64,000 bases of DNA, taken from the NCBI RefSeq assembly GCF_009914755.1, contig NC_060926.1, one strand, 5' to 3'. The notes below the pieces were generated by a model that worked only from the letters and a program-made list of their open reading frames with translations, had not been told where the DNA came from and did no database searches. The translations under genes were made by a program, and so were the position numbers. Source of the stretch: the human T2T-CHM13v2.0 reference genome, Homo sapiens. Position 1 is the first letter of the stretch. Each line of letters begins with the position of its first letter. Shown piece by piece: positions 1 through 12,336 of the stretch.

Positions 1-243
1 AAGGCAAAAATTGGGGTGACACGTCTATAAGTCAAGGAACACCAGAGGTTACTAGCAAATCACTAGGAGCTAGGAGAGTGGCATGGAACTGATCCTTCCT
101 TCCCTAGCACCTCCAAAGGAAGCACAGCCCTGTCAACACTTTGCTCTTGGACTTCTAGCCTCCGGAACTGTGAAACAATACATTCCTGTTGTTTAAGCCA
201 CTCAGCTTGTGGTACTTTGTTACAGCGGCCTAGGAAACTCATA
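1..243 (+). mobile_element. MaLR LTR 3' part (MLT1B/C/D-like), cut by window start
   Basis: Typical MLT1 3' motifs: ggacttctagcctccggaactgtga, aatacattcctgttgtttaagccactcag, ggtactttgttacagcggcctaggaaact. Confidence 0.85.
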
Positions 244-439
244 GGCTATCCCAGCTTACAATTTCATGACTCCATGATAAGCCTTCTGCTTTAGGGTAGA
301 AAATGCTTCCCAAAATATGTTCAAGAGAAAGGATATGAATCATTAATCAAGTTCACTCAGTCTATATTTCAAACTTATTTGATTTAGGGACTAGGATATA
401 TTTTATTTGTCTTTGAATAACAACTACCTAGTATTTACA

Positions 440-1572
440 TATATGAATGATTAAAAAAACTTATATCCAAAACATGTAAATAATTCCTACAAGTCAAAAA
501 TTAAATACAACTCTTTATTTTATCTTATATAAAATAAAATAATGGACATACATCTCTGTGTTCACAAAGAAGACATACAAATAGTAAGCTATAACAAGAT
601 ATGAAACATCATTATTCAATAGGGAAATGTAAACTGAAATCACTATGAGATAGCACTATGTGGCCATCAGAATTGCTTAAATTAAAAAGACTCACAACAA
701 CAAATGATTGCAAGGCTATGAAACAACCAGAACTCTCATATATTTTTAGTGAGAGTATAAGTTGTATAACCACTTTGGAAAAATGTCTAGCATTTTCTTA
801 GAAAAATAAACATACACTTACATTATGACCCAGCAGTTCTACACCCAGACATTTCCTCAAAGGAAATGAAGCATACATTCACAAAATTACTTGTACATGA
901 ATGTTTAAAGCAGCTTCATTCAAAATAGCCAAAACCTGAAAATGGCCCAGGTGTCAATCAACTGGAGAATGGATGAATACACTGTAGAGTGTTTCTATAG
1001 TGGAAGACTGCTCAGAAACAACAAAGGCTGAGTACAGGTACACAAAACCCATCTGCTGAGAAAAAGAAACCAGACACAGAAGCATATACGCTGTAGGGTT
1101 CCATTCATAGAAAGTGCTAAGACAGGCGAAACGAGACTTTCTTTAAACAGTCAGAAGAGTGGGGAAATGGGGTGAGCATTGACTGGGAGGGTTCCATGGC
1201 TACTTTGTGAAGTGACAGCAGTGCTCTGAAACTTGAGCTTTGGTTACACAAATGTGTGCATCTGCTAACTTTTAATGAAGATACATTTAAGTTTGGTTCA
1301 TTTCACACAACGTAAATTTTACTTAAATCAGCATAAAATATTTAATTGTAGTTAATGATACAGATTCTGAAGTGTTTAGGGGTGGCATATACAGGAATAT
1401 GCAACATATTTTGAAATGCATCAAAAAACAGAATTGATTAATGGCTCATAAAAAGGCAGATAAGTGATAACGCAAATAGAGCACACGTCTGCTGTAGAAC
1501 CCACGTGGGGTGTATTTGAGTTTTCAGCGCATCATTTTCCAACTTTTCTGTATGATGAAAGATTTTAATAAT
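440..1572 (+). mobile_element. Ancient L1 (L1ME-like) ORF2 3' end and 3' UTR
   Basis: ttcacaaagaagacatacaaat, agggaaatgtaaactgaaatcactatgagata, tatgacccagcagttctacac and an L1ME-type 3' UTR. Confidence 0.75.
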
Positions 1573-2404
1573 CAGATATTATATAAAGACAACTTCAATT
1601 TTGAGACATTAATGTGCCGATCAAAATTGTTTCCTGATAGTAAACCCCTTACGAGTGGGAACAGTCACCCCACCTCACGTTGGCTGAGTGGATATAAGCA
1701 GATGCTTCCAGGGGTCACCTCTCGGCTAAGCTCCCCCAAAAAACATTTTATTTGGCCTGTTTCTTGAGTCCATTGCCTCTTTCATTTCTTCACTGTTATC
1801 CCTCATCTCTTTCATTTGAGTAAAATTGTGATAGCATAAGATGCTGTCCTGCCTCGCAGTCATGTGAAGAAGAGTCCCACTGGAAGTGTGGTGGAATGGG
1901 AAGGCGATAGAGTCTTAGGGAACACTGCAGAGGTCCCTTTTCAGATCCGGACTGCTCATCTTCATTCTCCTTGTAGGTTACAAATAAAATAAAGGTCTTG
2001 CTGTTTTAAGCATGCTTTCATTTACCACTTGTTAACGAAAATAACAAGCTTAGATTTTGGAATTAGTAGAGGGGAGGAGAAAGACAGTGGGAATTGAGGA
2101 TGCAACCTTCCCAGCTTAGAAACCTGAGATCAATTTTGGTCAATAAAAACATTTTTGGAAACTGTAGTTTGTGATATTTGGGCACATACAACCAAGCACC
2201 AACTGTAACTACAGAGTGAGGATAACTGGTAGGAAATACAGAAGGTATGGCTATGTTGGCTGCTGCATGCCACCTTCGGTAAAGTCCTCCCAGTGAAGAA
2301 GCATGAGCTTGGTGTAGTACTGTCAGCCTTCAAATAGAGACAGGGAGAGTTTCTGGGTTATTCTCTACCTGCAGTCCAAAATCTGTGTTGACTGAGACTG
2401 ATTT

Positions 2405-2635
2405 TCTGTTTGTTTGTTTTTAAAATTTTAATACACTTTATTGCATATATTTGAGGTTTGCAATATGACGTTTTGGGATACATTAGTAAAATGGTCATAG
2501 TAGTGAAGCAGATTAATATATCTATCACCTCAGTTACTTTTTGTGAAAACAACCTATTTGTTTGCAAAAATCCCTAATACAATACAATTCTATTAACTTT
2601 AGCCTTTGTGTTGTACATTAGATCTTTAGAATTTG
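2405..2635 (-). mobile_element. L1MA-like 3' end fragment
   Basis: T-rich tail followed by tagtgaagcagattaatatatctatcacctca and gtgttgtacattagatctttagaa, the reverse complement of an L1MA 3' UTR. Confidence 0.7.
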
Positions 2636-3129
2636 TGTTTCTTAAATTCAGATACTTACAGACATTAAATTAGGGATAGAGGAAACAGATAAATAATAGT
2701 TTTGCATCCTGTGACTGCTATATAATCCAATTATGAAGAAAATACACCAGTTCTGGGCTTCACTTTTCTCCACTCATTTTCAAATTCACACATTTTTAAA
2801 TATTTCTTATCTATCAAGCCTAAATCAGACTGTCAAATCTAGTTAAACTATTACCTAGCATGAGTTTCTAAATCCAGACTACATGATTTAAAAAGCCAGT
2901 TTTTATATCCTAAACTGAAACTTGCAAATGCTGTAGCTGAAAAGCAACCATTTTAGTAGTAGATAATTTTGGGGTCTTAGGCCTTTTTCAAACACCTCTC
3001 AATTAGAATCTGCAAGACAAAGAGAGAAAATTTTCCACCAGGTCGTGATCAAGGATGTTGTTATTTCTCTAGATACTATTGTTTTGAATTGCCTCAGAAC
3101 ACAGCCCATAATTTAAGGGAGGGATAAGG

Positions 3130-4325
3130 ATAGACCACAGAGAACTGCTGCTGAGATTAAATAGTACAATGATCTGATGAATATGCCTAGACAACTTTGG
3201 CTACAGTTACTCCATGTAGAATTAATAGGAAGTAGATAGACATGAATTCCGTGTTGTCTGAGAAAAGCGCATTGCCAACTCCAAACAGAGCATCAACAAC
3301 CTTTTTCATCATCCACTGAGAAATCCCGTAATGCCCTAAATTTGTACCATAGAAGTGGGCTGCAAAATGGTACATCTTCCAGGAAGGATATTCTCCCTGG
3401 GGCCCACCCCACTCTGTTCATGGAGAAATTTAATGTGGGCAATCCACCCAGAAGGCAGAGCTGTTGGGTCATGAAGAGCAACAAAGGAGAAAAATGTCCC
3501 ATAGATAAAACCAAGAGACTCACCTCTCTGTTAGGGCAAGGTACTTACTATTCCTTTTCAGATGGTCTTGACTTGTGCTATGTTCCAGGAACTGCTGTGT
3601 TGCCCTTTCTACCCATCCAGACCAAGAGATTATCTTGTTTCTTCTCCATTATTGTATGATGGGTATCTTGTGCCAATTGATTATCAGATGGTTAAGAGAC
3701 ACATCTTACCTTAGGCAGAGGACCGTATAATTCACAGAAATGCTAGACTTTGGGGTGGGTGAGACTTTGTGGTCATTTCCCTGGGGGAGTTAGGAAGCGT
3801 GTTTTAAGGATGTGTATGGATGGGAAAAGTGCAGGTATGGATGTTGGATAGACCAAAGAATGGACTGTATCAGATACTGACACTTGTCCAGATGATCTCA
3901 ATCCCCTTTATTTCCAGCTAGTGGAACTTGCTTTGAGCAAGGTAGAAAAGTGCTCAGCCAAAACTATTAATTTTCCTTGTCACAGTCATGCACTCTAGTC
4001 TGGTCTTCCCAAGGATATATGTAAATGAACAATCCTTCTGAAGAGCCTTTGAAAAGGAATAGATGCAATTTTCTCTTTTTCCTATACCCTTCCACCTTCT
4101 TTCTGCTTAAAATGTGGATACAATGTTTACAGATAGAGCAGCCATTTTGCAGCAAGAATATAGAAAAATCAAAAATATAGGAGGAAAATGGGTCTTTGGT
4201 GAGCTTGCAGAGCCATTGTGCAGGTCCTTGGGGCTTGTCATAGCCTTTTCTTATTGCATGAAATATATGGAATCTTTGCTTATTTCAATTGCTTTGGGAT
4301 ATTTGTGTGCTTTCAGTCTGATTTA
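3130..4325 (+). mobile_element. Old MaLR internal fragment followed by an MLT1-like LTR (boundaries approximate)
   Basis: Resembles MLT1 internal 3' region (cagaaggcagagctgttgg, purine-rich end ggactg) followed by an LTR-like segment starting tgtatcagatactg; highly diverged. Confidence 0.4.
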
Positions 4326-7111
4326 GTTCTAAAATAGAGGAGAGGCAAGCTACTTCATCTCAGAGTTTATATCTCAGAAAACGAGTGCAGGAATGGGATA
4401 AGAATAGGGAGTAGTCTTACCAATACTGGTTAACAATTTAATTTTTATCCTTAGTAAGAAATTTGCTTATTTCTCTCCAATTGAAGAATTTAGTTTTTTT
4501 TTCTTCTAAGACCCAATCTAGAAATTAATATTTCTGCTAAAATCTTTGTATAGCTTAGCGAAAATACATAGAGATAATTGAAAGTTCAAAGAGAGACAAA
4601 AATGTAGAATTATGGAAATAGTTTTAAAAAACGTTGTCAGACAGCATGTAACAGGCAATAGAAATTTATCAGAGACCACTGGCAGGAAATAGCCATTTTA
4701 GCAGAGTTGATGGAGGGTATTTAAACATTTAAACTTTGCATAACTGAATTTCTTCTGAATATTTCTGATTTCTTCTAAATCTCAAGGAAAACTTCTGATT
4801 TTCCAGGCCCTTCTGTACTCCCTTTCGTCTGATGCTGACTGCTTTGGTCATTGGAAGTCTCAAAGATTAGAGCATGGAAGGAAAGACCTGAGGGTGTTTT
4901 TCTCTGTCTGTCTCGGAAACATATCTGGTAGGGGCTGTGTGTCTCTCGTCTGCCAAGCCAGACAGGATTACCACAGTTGTAGCTGCCCTCAGGTTCCAGC
5001 ATACTTCTTTTATCCTTTCAGCCTGGAGGGGAACATTATATTAATGATGTTTTCTGACTGTTGTATTATCAGTTCTATTTGGCATCTTTGTCTTCTGACA
5101 CTTGTGTAATGCATTCTTTCTATTAAAGCCTCTGTTAAATTAGGGTGTCTTTTATTTTTCTGATTGGAATCTAGACATCCCAGCCACAGAAACGGTGGCT
5201 CCACAAGGGAGCTGGGCCTCTCCAGGTTGGTAAAAAGAATGGAGGAAGGTGGAGGCAGAGACAAGAAAATAGTTTTGCGGGCAAATGGATCCCATGAAGG
5301 GGGCAAAACTGTATCTCACATTGATTTAAATAATATGACTAGACCCACCCAGGGCCTAGTCTTGCCTATCAAGTAAGTTGCTTCAGTTTCCAAGAAGTTG
5401 AGTGTTGAGAATGTCTTAAGTTTTCTCCCTAGTAGTCCTGAGGGAACAAGAGTTTCTCTTTTCCGGGTAAGGCAGAAATGGGGCCTGAAATTTTTCTGCT
5501 GAGAGTGTAAATCCAGGATCAGAATACGTGCACGCAGTAAGAAGACTGAAACTCACATTATAATGAAAGAAAAGAAGAACCATCCAGATTGGACCAGAAA
5601 ATATAACATTATCCGAGCCAAATGCATTTAAAAAACTAAGTTCAATAAAAATATCTTTAACATAAAAGAATTCAAAGGTAGACTATTACCTTCATTAAAA
5701 AAGTAGTGGCTTTATTGAACTATTATATATTGTTCTCATTAGTGACAGTGAGATGTTCCTTCTTTCAGAAAATGTTGTCTTTCCCCCATATTGTCAAAAA
5801 TCGATGTTTAGTTTAGATAGAGCCTAACTAACCATTGCAGCCACTATCCCTGACCCCTCTCAAACACTTTATTGGACAAAGAAACAATAAGACAAAACAA
5901 AACAAAACCTCAAACCTCCACAGTCTTCTCTTATTTTACATTCTCTAGGTTTAATAATCCTACATTTTCTTTGGAAACAATAAAATACTATGTGAATGTG
6001 AGCAGGCTAGTTTTATTCTCATTTCACTTCGCATTTGTGTTGTTTGGTTTTAGGTCTAACAGGTAGACTGCAGCTCTACAGAAGGAATATTGTTTTATTT
6101 TACTTACGTGTAGGATTGAGCCTAATTCCCTTTCAGCTAACAGTGTATTAAGTGGCTCACAATAAAACAAAGGGTCAATAAGGGAGACGTGCCACCTTGA
6201 AAAGAAATAAAACTGCCATTTCCTCAGAAGACTTCTCTTATGAAGGAGGAAATAAGATCTTAATTGGCATCCAAACTAACAACAGCTGAAAGCCCTAGAG
6301 CCTGAGCGTAATTAGACCTCAAACTGAATTAGCTGGCCCTTTCCTGTGGCACTCAGAGGCAACAGGTGCCCCAGGATTTCTCCTCGGCTCCACTTCCTTG
6401 TTAATGTTCCCAGGTTGCAGGGGAGGTGAAAAAGGGATTAGATTTCCCTGGTAACTCTCATCCTGCAGTATGGATATTTTAGAAACCAATTATGCGGATC
6501 TCCCTGGGACACAGCCTTGGCTATAAACATCAGTCTTCTCAGGCCCTGAGTCAGGATGTCGTCCATCGATACAACCATCCATGGTATGTGTGTTAATTTT
6601 GGATAAATCACAGACCTAATGTTTTGGTTTCTGTGCTAAGTAGACATTGGCAGGTATTATTTCACAACAGTAAGAAAAAATGACCATTAAGAAAAAAATT
6701 ATGCAGGGGAAGTTAATATTCAAGGCAACATAGCTTGTCATAAACCATGGCTATTGGCTGTGTTTTAGGCAACAATAAGAAATGAGACACACCAATTCGA
6801 ATCTTTGTGATGATGAAGGCTTACATATGGGTGAATATATATTCCTGAAATAGACAGAAATTAACTGGCACAATGGCCAACATCCGCTAGAAAATATCAA
6901 GAATTGGTTACACTTCTAAAACTGTATATTGGTAGTTATCTTTTGAACAAAATAGAGCAGGTTTCAAATGAGAATGATTTTAGCTGTCTTGAAGGTTGCT
7001 GTAAGCTTTAGAGGAATTCATGTTTCAGAAGTATCTCATACAAAACCAGGCAGAAAGCAAGTGCTCAATAAATGTTGACTCTTCTCCCCTAAGTTATAAA
7101 GACAAACCTAA

Positions 7112-7399
<288 letters not shown>

Positions 7400-9189
7400 G
7401 GGAGTTTACCTTATAGGGACTGTAGTGGGACAGCACATACTCATGGGGACAGAGCCTGAGCAAGCACCTTAGTCAGATAAAACAGAGTGGCAAGGAAAAT
7501 TAATTGTTCTGAGAAAAAGTCCACAACGACAGTTAAGATGCTAGAAATACAGATCCTCCCTTCTTGCCTTGTGCGTGGAATTTAGACGCCCACTTGTGTA
7601 ACAAATATCCACATTTATTCTCGAACTATGTGAATGTGCTGCACCTTTGGTTTAAATGAATATGTGTCAAATGAGTTTACCACCTCAGTTGCAATTTATG
7701 TAATTTTTCCTCCTAATTTTCTTCCATTTATCTCAAGCTGTACAACAGAATCTGACCCAAACCACTGCAGCTGCAGCTCCTCCTGGGCTGGTGGAGGGCA
7801 TGGGGCCCTGGATGCTCTCCCTGTTGTGTACAGCCTAAGATGGTAGCTGAAGATCAGAACTGCTGGATTGTCTGTTTTCCAGTGTATTTGTTGGCCTTTA
7901 CCATACAGTGGGTCTTCTTGATTAAAAAATGTTGGCTCTAAAAGCTCGTAGGGCAGGCTTGGTACAGCATTTGCCGACCAGAGTAGCTGGTGTGATTCAG
8001 TCCAAACAGCTTCAGAAAGACAGGTGTGTCTCCTCCTTCTTCCTTGTGAACCCCAAAACTCCTTCCTAAAGACTTCCAGCTGCTGTATGTAAGTGACCAC
8101 TTGAATGAGTTTCTTTTTAAAGGAGGAGAAAAGTAAAACAAACATCTTGTAAGTAAGACTAAGTACCAATGGTGCATGCAGGACTGTGCAGAGTAAGAGA
8201 GGTCGTCCTAAAGCAATACTCAGCTGGTGACCATAAAGTCTGAGTAGCTGTTCATCTCCTCCATGAAAGGATCATTCTCTTAGGGTAAGAATTGAGCAGT
8301 AGGTGCAAACAGTGGCTTTGATGCTGGAGGACAATTGATGATGCAGGTATCATTTTTCTCATATTGAGGTAGTCAAGGCCTATGACTTCCAGTTGGCTTG
8401 GCTTTTCTCTTGGTATTACAATGGCAATCAAGGTTTTACACAGATTGTTACAAATATAAATCATTGAGTCCACCAGCAAAAGAGCCCTCCCTTTCCTTCT
8501 ACAGATGCTGATTGTAAGGTCTACAGCGATGTGACTAGAACCGTAGTCCACAGACTTCTGCTACGGCATCCCGCAACTACGATCGTCCCTCTGCCGAGAG
8601 ATCAGCCAGCTAGCCAAGTGTAAGTCTATCACATTCCTAAGCACATGTTTCTTTTAGCTCACAGTTTTTCCGGAGAACAACACTTCAGTGGAGGAAGCAG
8701 TGTGTTGATTTCCTTGAGTATATTGTACTCGATCCTTATGTCTGACAGACTGGCACTTGGAGTAGCAGCGATCTAGAGGGTTTAAATGTCTAGAAGTAAA
8801 TTACCTAGGAATTAGTGCCAAAATTGCCAGTAGAACCCACATGTCCTGATGCTCAATCCATTGCTTCTCATGTTCTAGTACATTGTCTTTCAATGATGTA
8901 GTACAAAACGTGTAATATTCTAAAGAGCAGTTATACATAATTTGGAAAACTTTTGGAGCTTTAAAACAGTTTATATTTTTTTACCCTCACCTTTGAAGGC
9001 AGGTTGACATTATTTTTATTAATAAGACTGAATAGCTGCTGAATAATAGACAACAAATGTCAAATAAACAGGGAAAGAGATAGAGAATGTGTAATGGAAA
9101 GTTCAGGCTGCAGAAACTGATGATTTCCCCCTTCTCTGTGTACACCATTCATAGAGTAGCAACAATAAGAATGTGCAGTTTATAAATTA

Positions 9190-9530
9190 GAGGCTAAATG
9201 AGATCATCTCTGTAAACTGTTTAAAATAATGCCGGGAACGTAGTCAAATTTCCATAAATATTACCTACTAATAGTAGTACTACCAATAATTATAACTAAA
9301 ATTTACATAGGGCCTAATATATGTTACATAAGTATGACAAATGCCTTGGATAAATAAGTTAATTTTATCCTTTCCCAGGCCTAGTAGCTAATGCTATTGT
9401 CCTCATTTTACAAATAAGAAAACTAAAGAAAAGGCAAGTTGAGTAACCTCTTAATGTGCCATAGTGAGTTAGTAATAAAGGGAGACAGGAAACCAGATGG
9501 TCTACCCCCAAATTGTTGGCATTTAACCAC
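9190..9530. mobile_element. Two tail-to-tail MIR fragments (+ about 9190-9270, - about 9290-9530)
   Basis: aaatgagatcatctctgtaaac on +; cctcattttacaaataagaaaact MIR core on -. Confidence 0.6.
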
Positions 9531-10019
9531 TCTCCCATGTAAATTCAACAGTAGCCACAGAAAGGAAATTCAAAAAATATGTATTTCTCATTATTGCATC
9601 AAAACCAAAAATATCAGGTCTTTGGAAAGACAAGCCTTACCTGTCTTTCTGGGGATCCAGAAAGAAAGTACTAAACCATGATTTCTCTTGTGGAGATGAG
9701 TAATAGACACAATTCCCAGAAGCAAGTTTGCAAAATCATACAGAGGTTTTCCCCATAACACTACTGCTTATATCACTCCTGGTGACAGTCAATGCGTACT
9801 TTTGAATCATGGTCTATGAAAGTAATTCTGTAGAATAAATATAATTAAATAGCTTTCCTATCACTTGCAATGCGTTTGGCAATTATAGGTTGACAAATAT
9901 ATGGGCTGACTTTTGGATGATAAATTGAAGACTGTGATATTTAACACCTCTCACAGATTTAGTTCTATTTAGGAGCCTTGTAATGGAAAGGCATATGTTT
10001 GGTCTTTTCTTTATATAGG

Positions 10020-11335
10020 TAGTACTCATTTCCTTGATGACCTCATACAGTTACTTGATTTTAAACAACATTTATATGATAACTACTCCCAAATTTAAGT
10101 CACAGGCTTAGACCCAAATTCCATACTCAAATTTTCAAACGCCCGTTCACATCTTTGCTTAGCTATTTAACAGGTCTCTGAAACTCAAGTCCTACACTAG
10201 GCTGATCTTTTCCCATTAACCTGCTCCATCCCCAGACCTCCCCCTCTCAGCTGGTATCAACTTGATCCTTTTCATTTCTCTGGCCAAGCATCTTAATAAG
10301 GTTGTCCTTGACTCTTCTGTTTTGTTCACTCTGTGTCTACTGTATCAGCTCATCCTGTTGGATCTACGTCAAAATGCATCTGTGGCCACTTCCCATTACT
10401 TTCCACATTTCTCCTTATCTGTCCATAGTGCTTGAAGCCATCATCTTCTTTTACCTAGATTGCTGTAACAGTCAGTCTATTTACTCCAGCTACTACTGTA
10501 ACCCTCTTTAAACATGAAATGAAAGTGTGTCTTTACTCGGCTCAAAACCATATAATGGGTTGCATTTTACTCTGAGAAAAGAATCAGTAAGGTCAGAAGA
10601 CACTACATAATTTTTCTGCCTCTCCTTCCCCTGACCCCCTTTTCTATACACCCCTTCCTGTCACTCTACCTCCCTCACTGCACTCCAACCCCATTGACCC
10701 TTATTCCTGGTTCTTGAATAGCAGGCATGCTTCTCCTTGGGTGTTTGCCATTAGTTTTTGTGGGTTTTTGGCCCTTCTTGTTGGAAGTAACTTTTCTAAG
10801 ATAATCCGCTTTGTTAATTTTCTCACTACCGGTAAGTCTTCACACAAATCTTGCCTTTTTTTGTTTGTTTGTTCGTCTCCCAGGCTGGAATGCAGTGAGT
10901 GGCGCTATCTCTGCTCACTGCAGCCTTTACCTCCAGGGCTCAGGTGATGCTCCCACTTCAGCCAAGTTGCTGAGATGACCGGTGTGCCACCACGACTGGC
11001 TAATTTTTGTATTTTTTGTAGAGATGGGGTTTCGCTATGTTTCCCAGGATGGTCTCAAACTCCTGGGCTCAACTGATTCGCCTGCCTCAGCCTCCCAAAA
11101 TGCTGGGGTTACTGGCATAAGCCACTGTCCTTGGCTAAATCTGGCTTTCTTAATGAGCCCTCTCCTAAGCCCTGCATTTAATTTTGTGTCAGTTTTCAGC
11201 TCCACCTCCTTCACTCCATTCCAGCTGTGATTCCTGATTTCCCCTGCCTATTGTACCTTTTCCTTTTTACGTATATTCATGAAACTCCAATACAATACCA
11301 TATGATTGTATTGTGTATTGTATTTGTTGATTGTC
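10020..11335 (+). mobile_element. L2 3' region, interrupted by an AluJ
   Basis: L2 motifs atttatatgataactactcccaaattt, gccatcatcttcttttacctagattgctgtaacag, ttcttgaatagcaggcatgc. Confidence 0.75.
10856..11135 (-). mobile_element. AluJ (AluJb-like)
   Basis: Diverged Alu dimer (ctcactgcagcct, aactcctgggctcaa); degenerate TSD aaatcttgccttttt / aaatctggctttctt. Confidence 0.9.
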
Positions 11336-11669
11336 AACTGTGGAGACACATTTTGGCTCAAGTTGGTAGTATTTACGTAGTTTGAATGGTCATGCTCTTG
11401 CTAGATGTTCAAGTGTGGAATGCCTCCAGGAATACTCCTACTACTCATAGCATCAACACATGATACAAACCTGTAGAGCCAGAAGTCAATCATGGCATGG
11501 ACATGTCCTACTGCTCAGGGGGAAGATGTATGTGGGTAGTGAGGAAAAACGGGTTTGAAATATTCAATTGCAAGCCTCATTGCATAGCATTAGGGGATAC
11601 AGTAATATACATATAAGACCACCTAATCTGCACACAACCTTAAGTTCAGAACTTACAATGGTTTATATT

Positions 11670-12085
11670 TGAAAACCTTATGAAATTAGCACTTTATTTA
11701 ACAGGTGAAGAAACTGAGGCACAGAGAGGTTAAGTAACTTAGGCAAGGTCTCATGGTAAATGCAAGAGCTGGGCCTTGAACACAAATAGTTCCACATTCA
11801 AACTTGTACTCCTGACCTCTAAGCAGAATTCTTCAGTTAATTCTTTAGTTTTCTCCTGCAGTCCCCTCTGCTGAGGTTCACCAGTGCTGTCATGCTGTGA
11901 GCATAAGGTAACAATGGTATCATTAGTTTATCCTTTCCATAAGCCTATGAGGTAAACATGACAATGACTTCAATTTTAGGGAGAAAAATTGAGGTCAAAA
12001 TTATTTAAATCTCAAAGGTCACGACATTCGTCCTTGGCAGAGCTGGAATTACAGTCCAAGTCTCCTGACTTTCAGATCAAAATAC
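11670..12085 (-). mobile_element. Two MIR elements (about 11670-11825 and 11915-12085)
   Basis: acaggtgaagaaactgaggcacagagaggttaagtaactt; gagaaaaattgaggtc...ggcagagctggaattacagtccaagtctcctgact. Confidence 0.75.
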
Positions 12086-12336
12086 CTTACAAACTGTATG
12101 CTACCCCTCAGCTAGTGGTTTATGACATTGGCTGTCTAGAGAAACGTGCACGGTCTCTGTGACCTTCCTCAGTTCAACAACAAAACCCCAGAGGGAGCAG
12201 CAACGGTGCATCATTAAGATAAGAGATCTCACAACACTGAGCTAGGAGATGATTTCTGGAAATCCCTACAAAGGAATCTCTGGGATAATGCTTAGATGCT
12301 CACTTCTAGCAAATAAAAGATGGGATGGTCCTTCTA

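Noticed and set aside
4760-5165. Possible old LTR (also about 47090-47325)
   Set aside because: LTR-like 3' ends, but too diverged to assign a family or boundaries by eye
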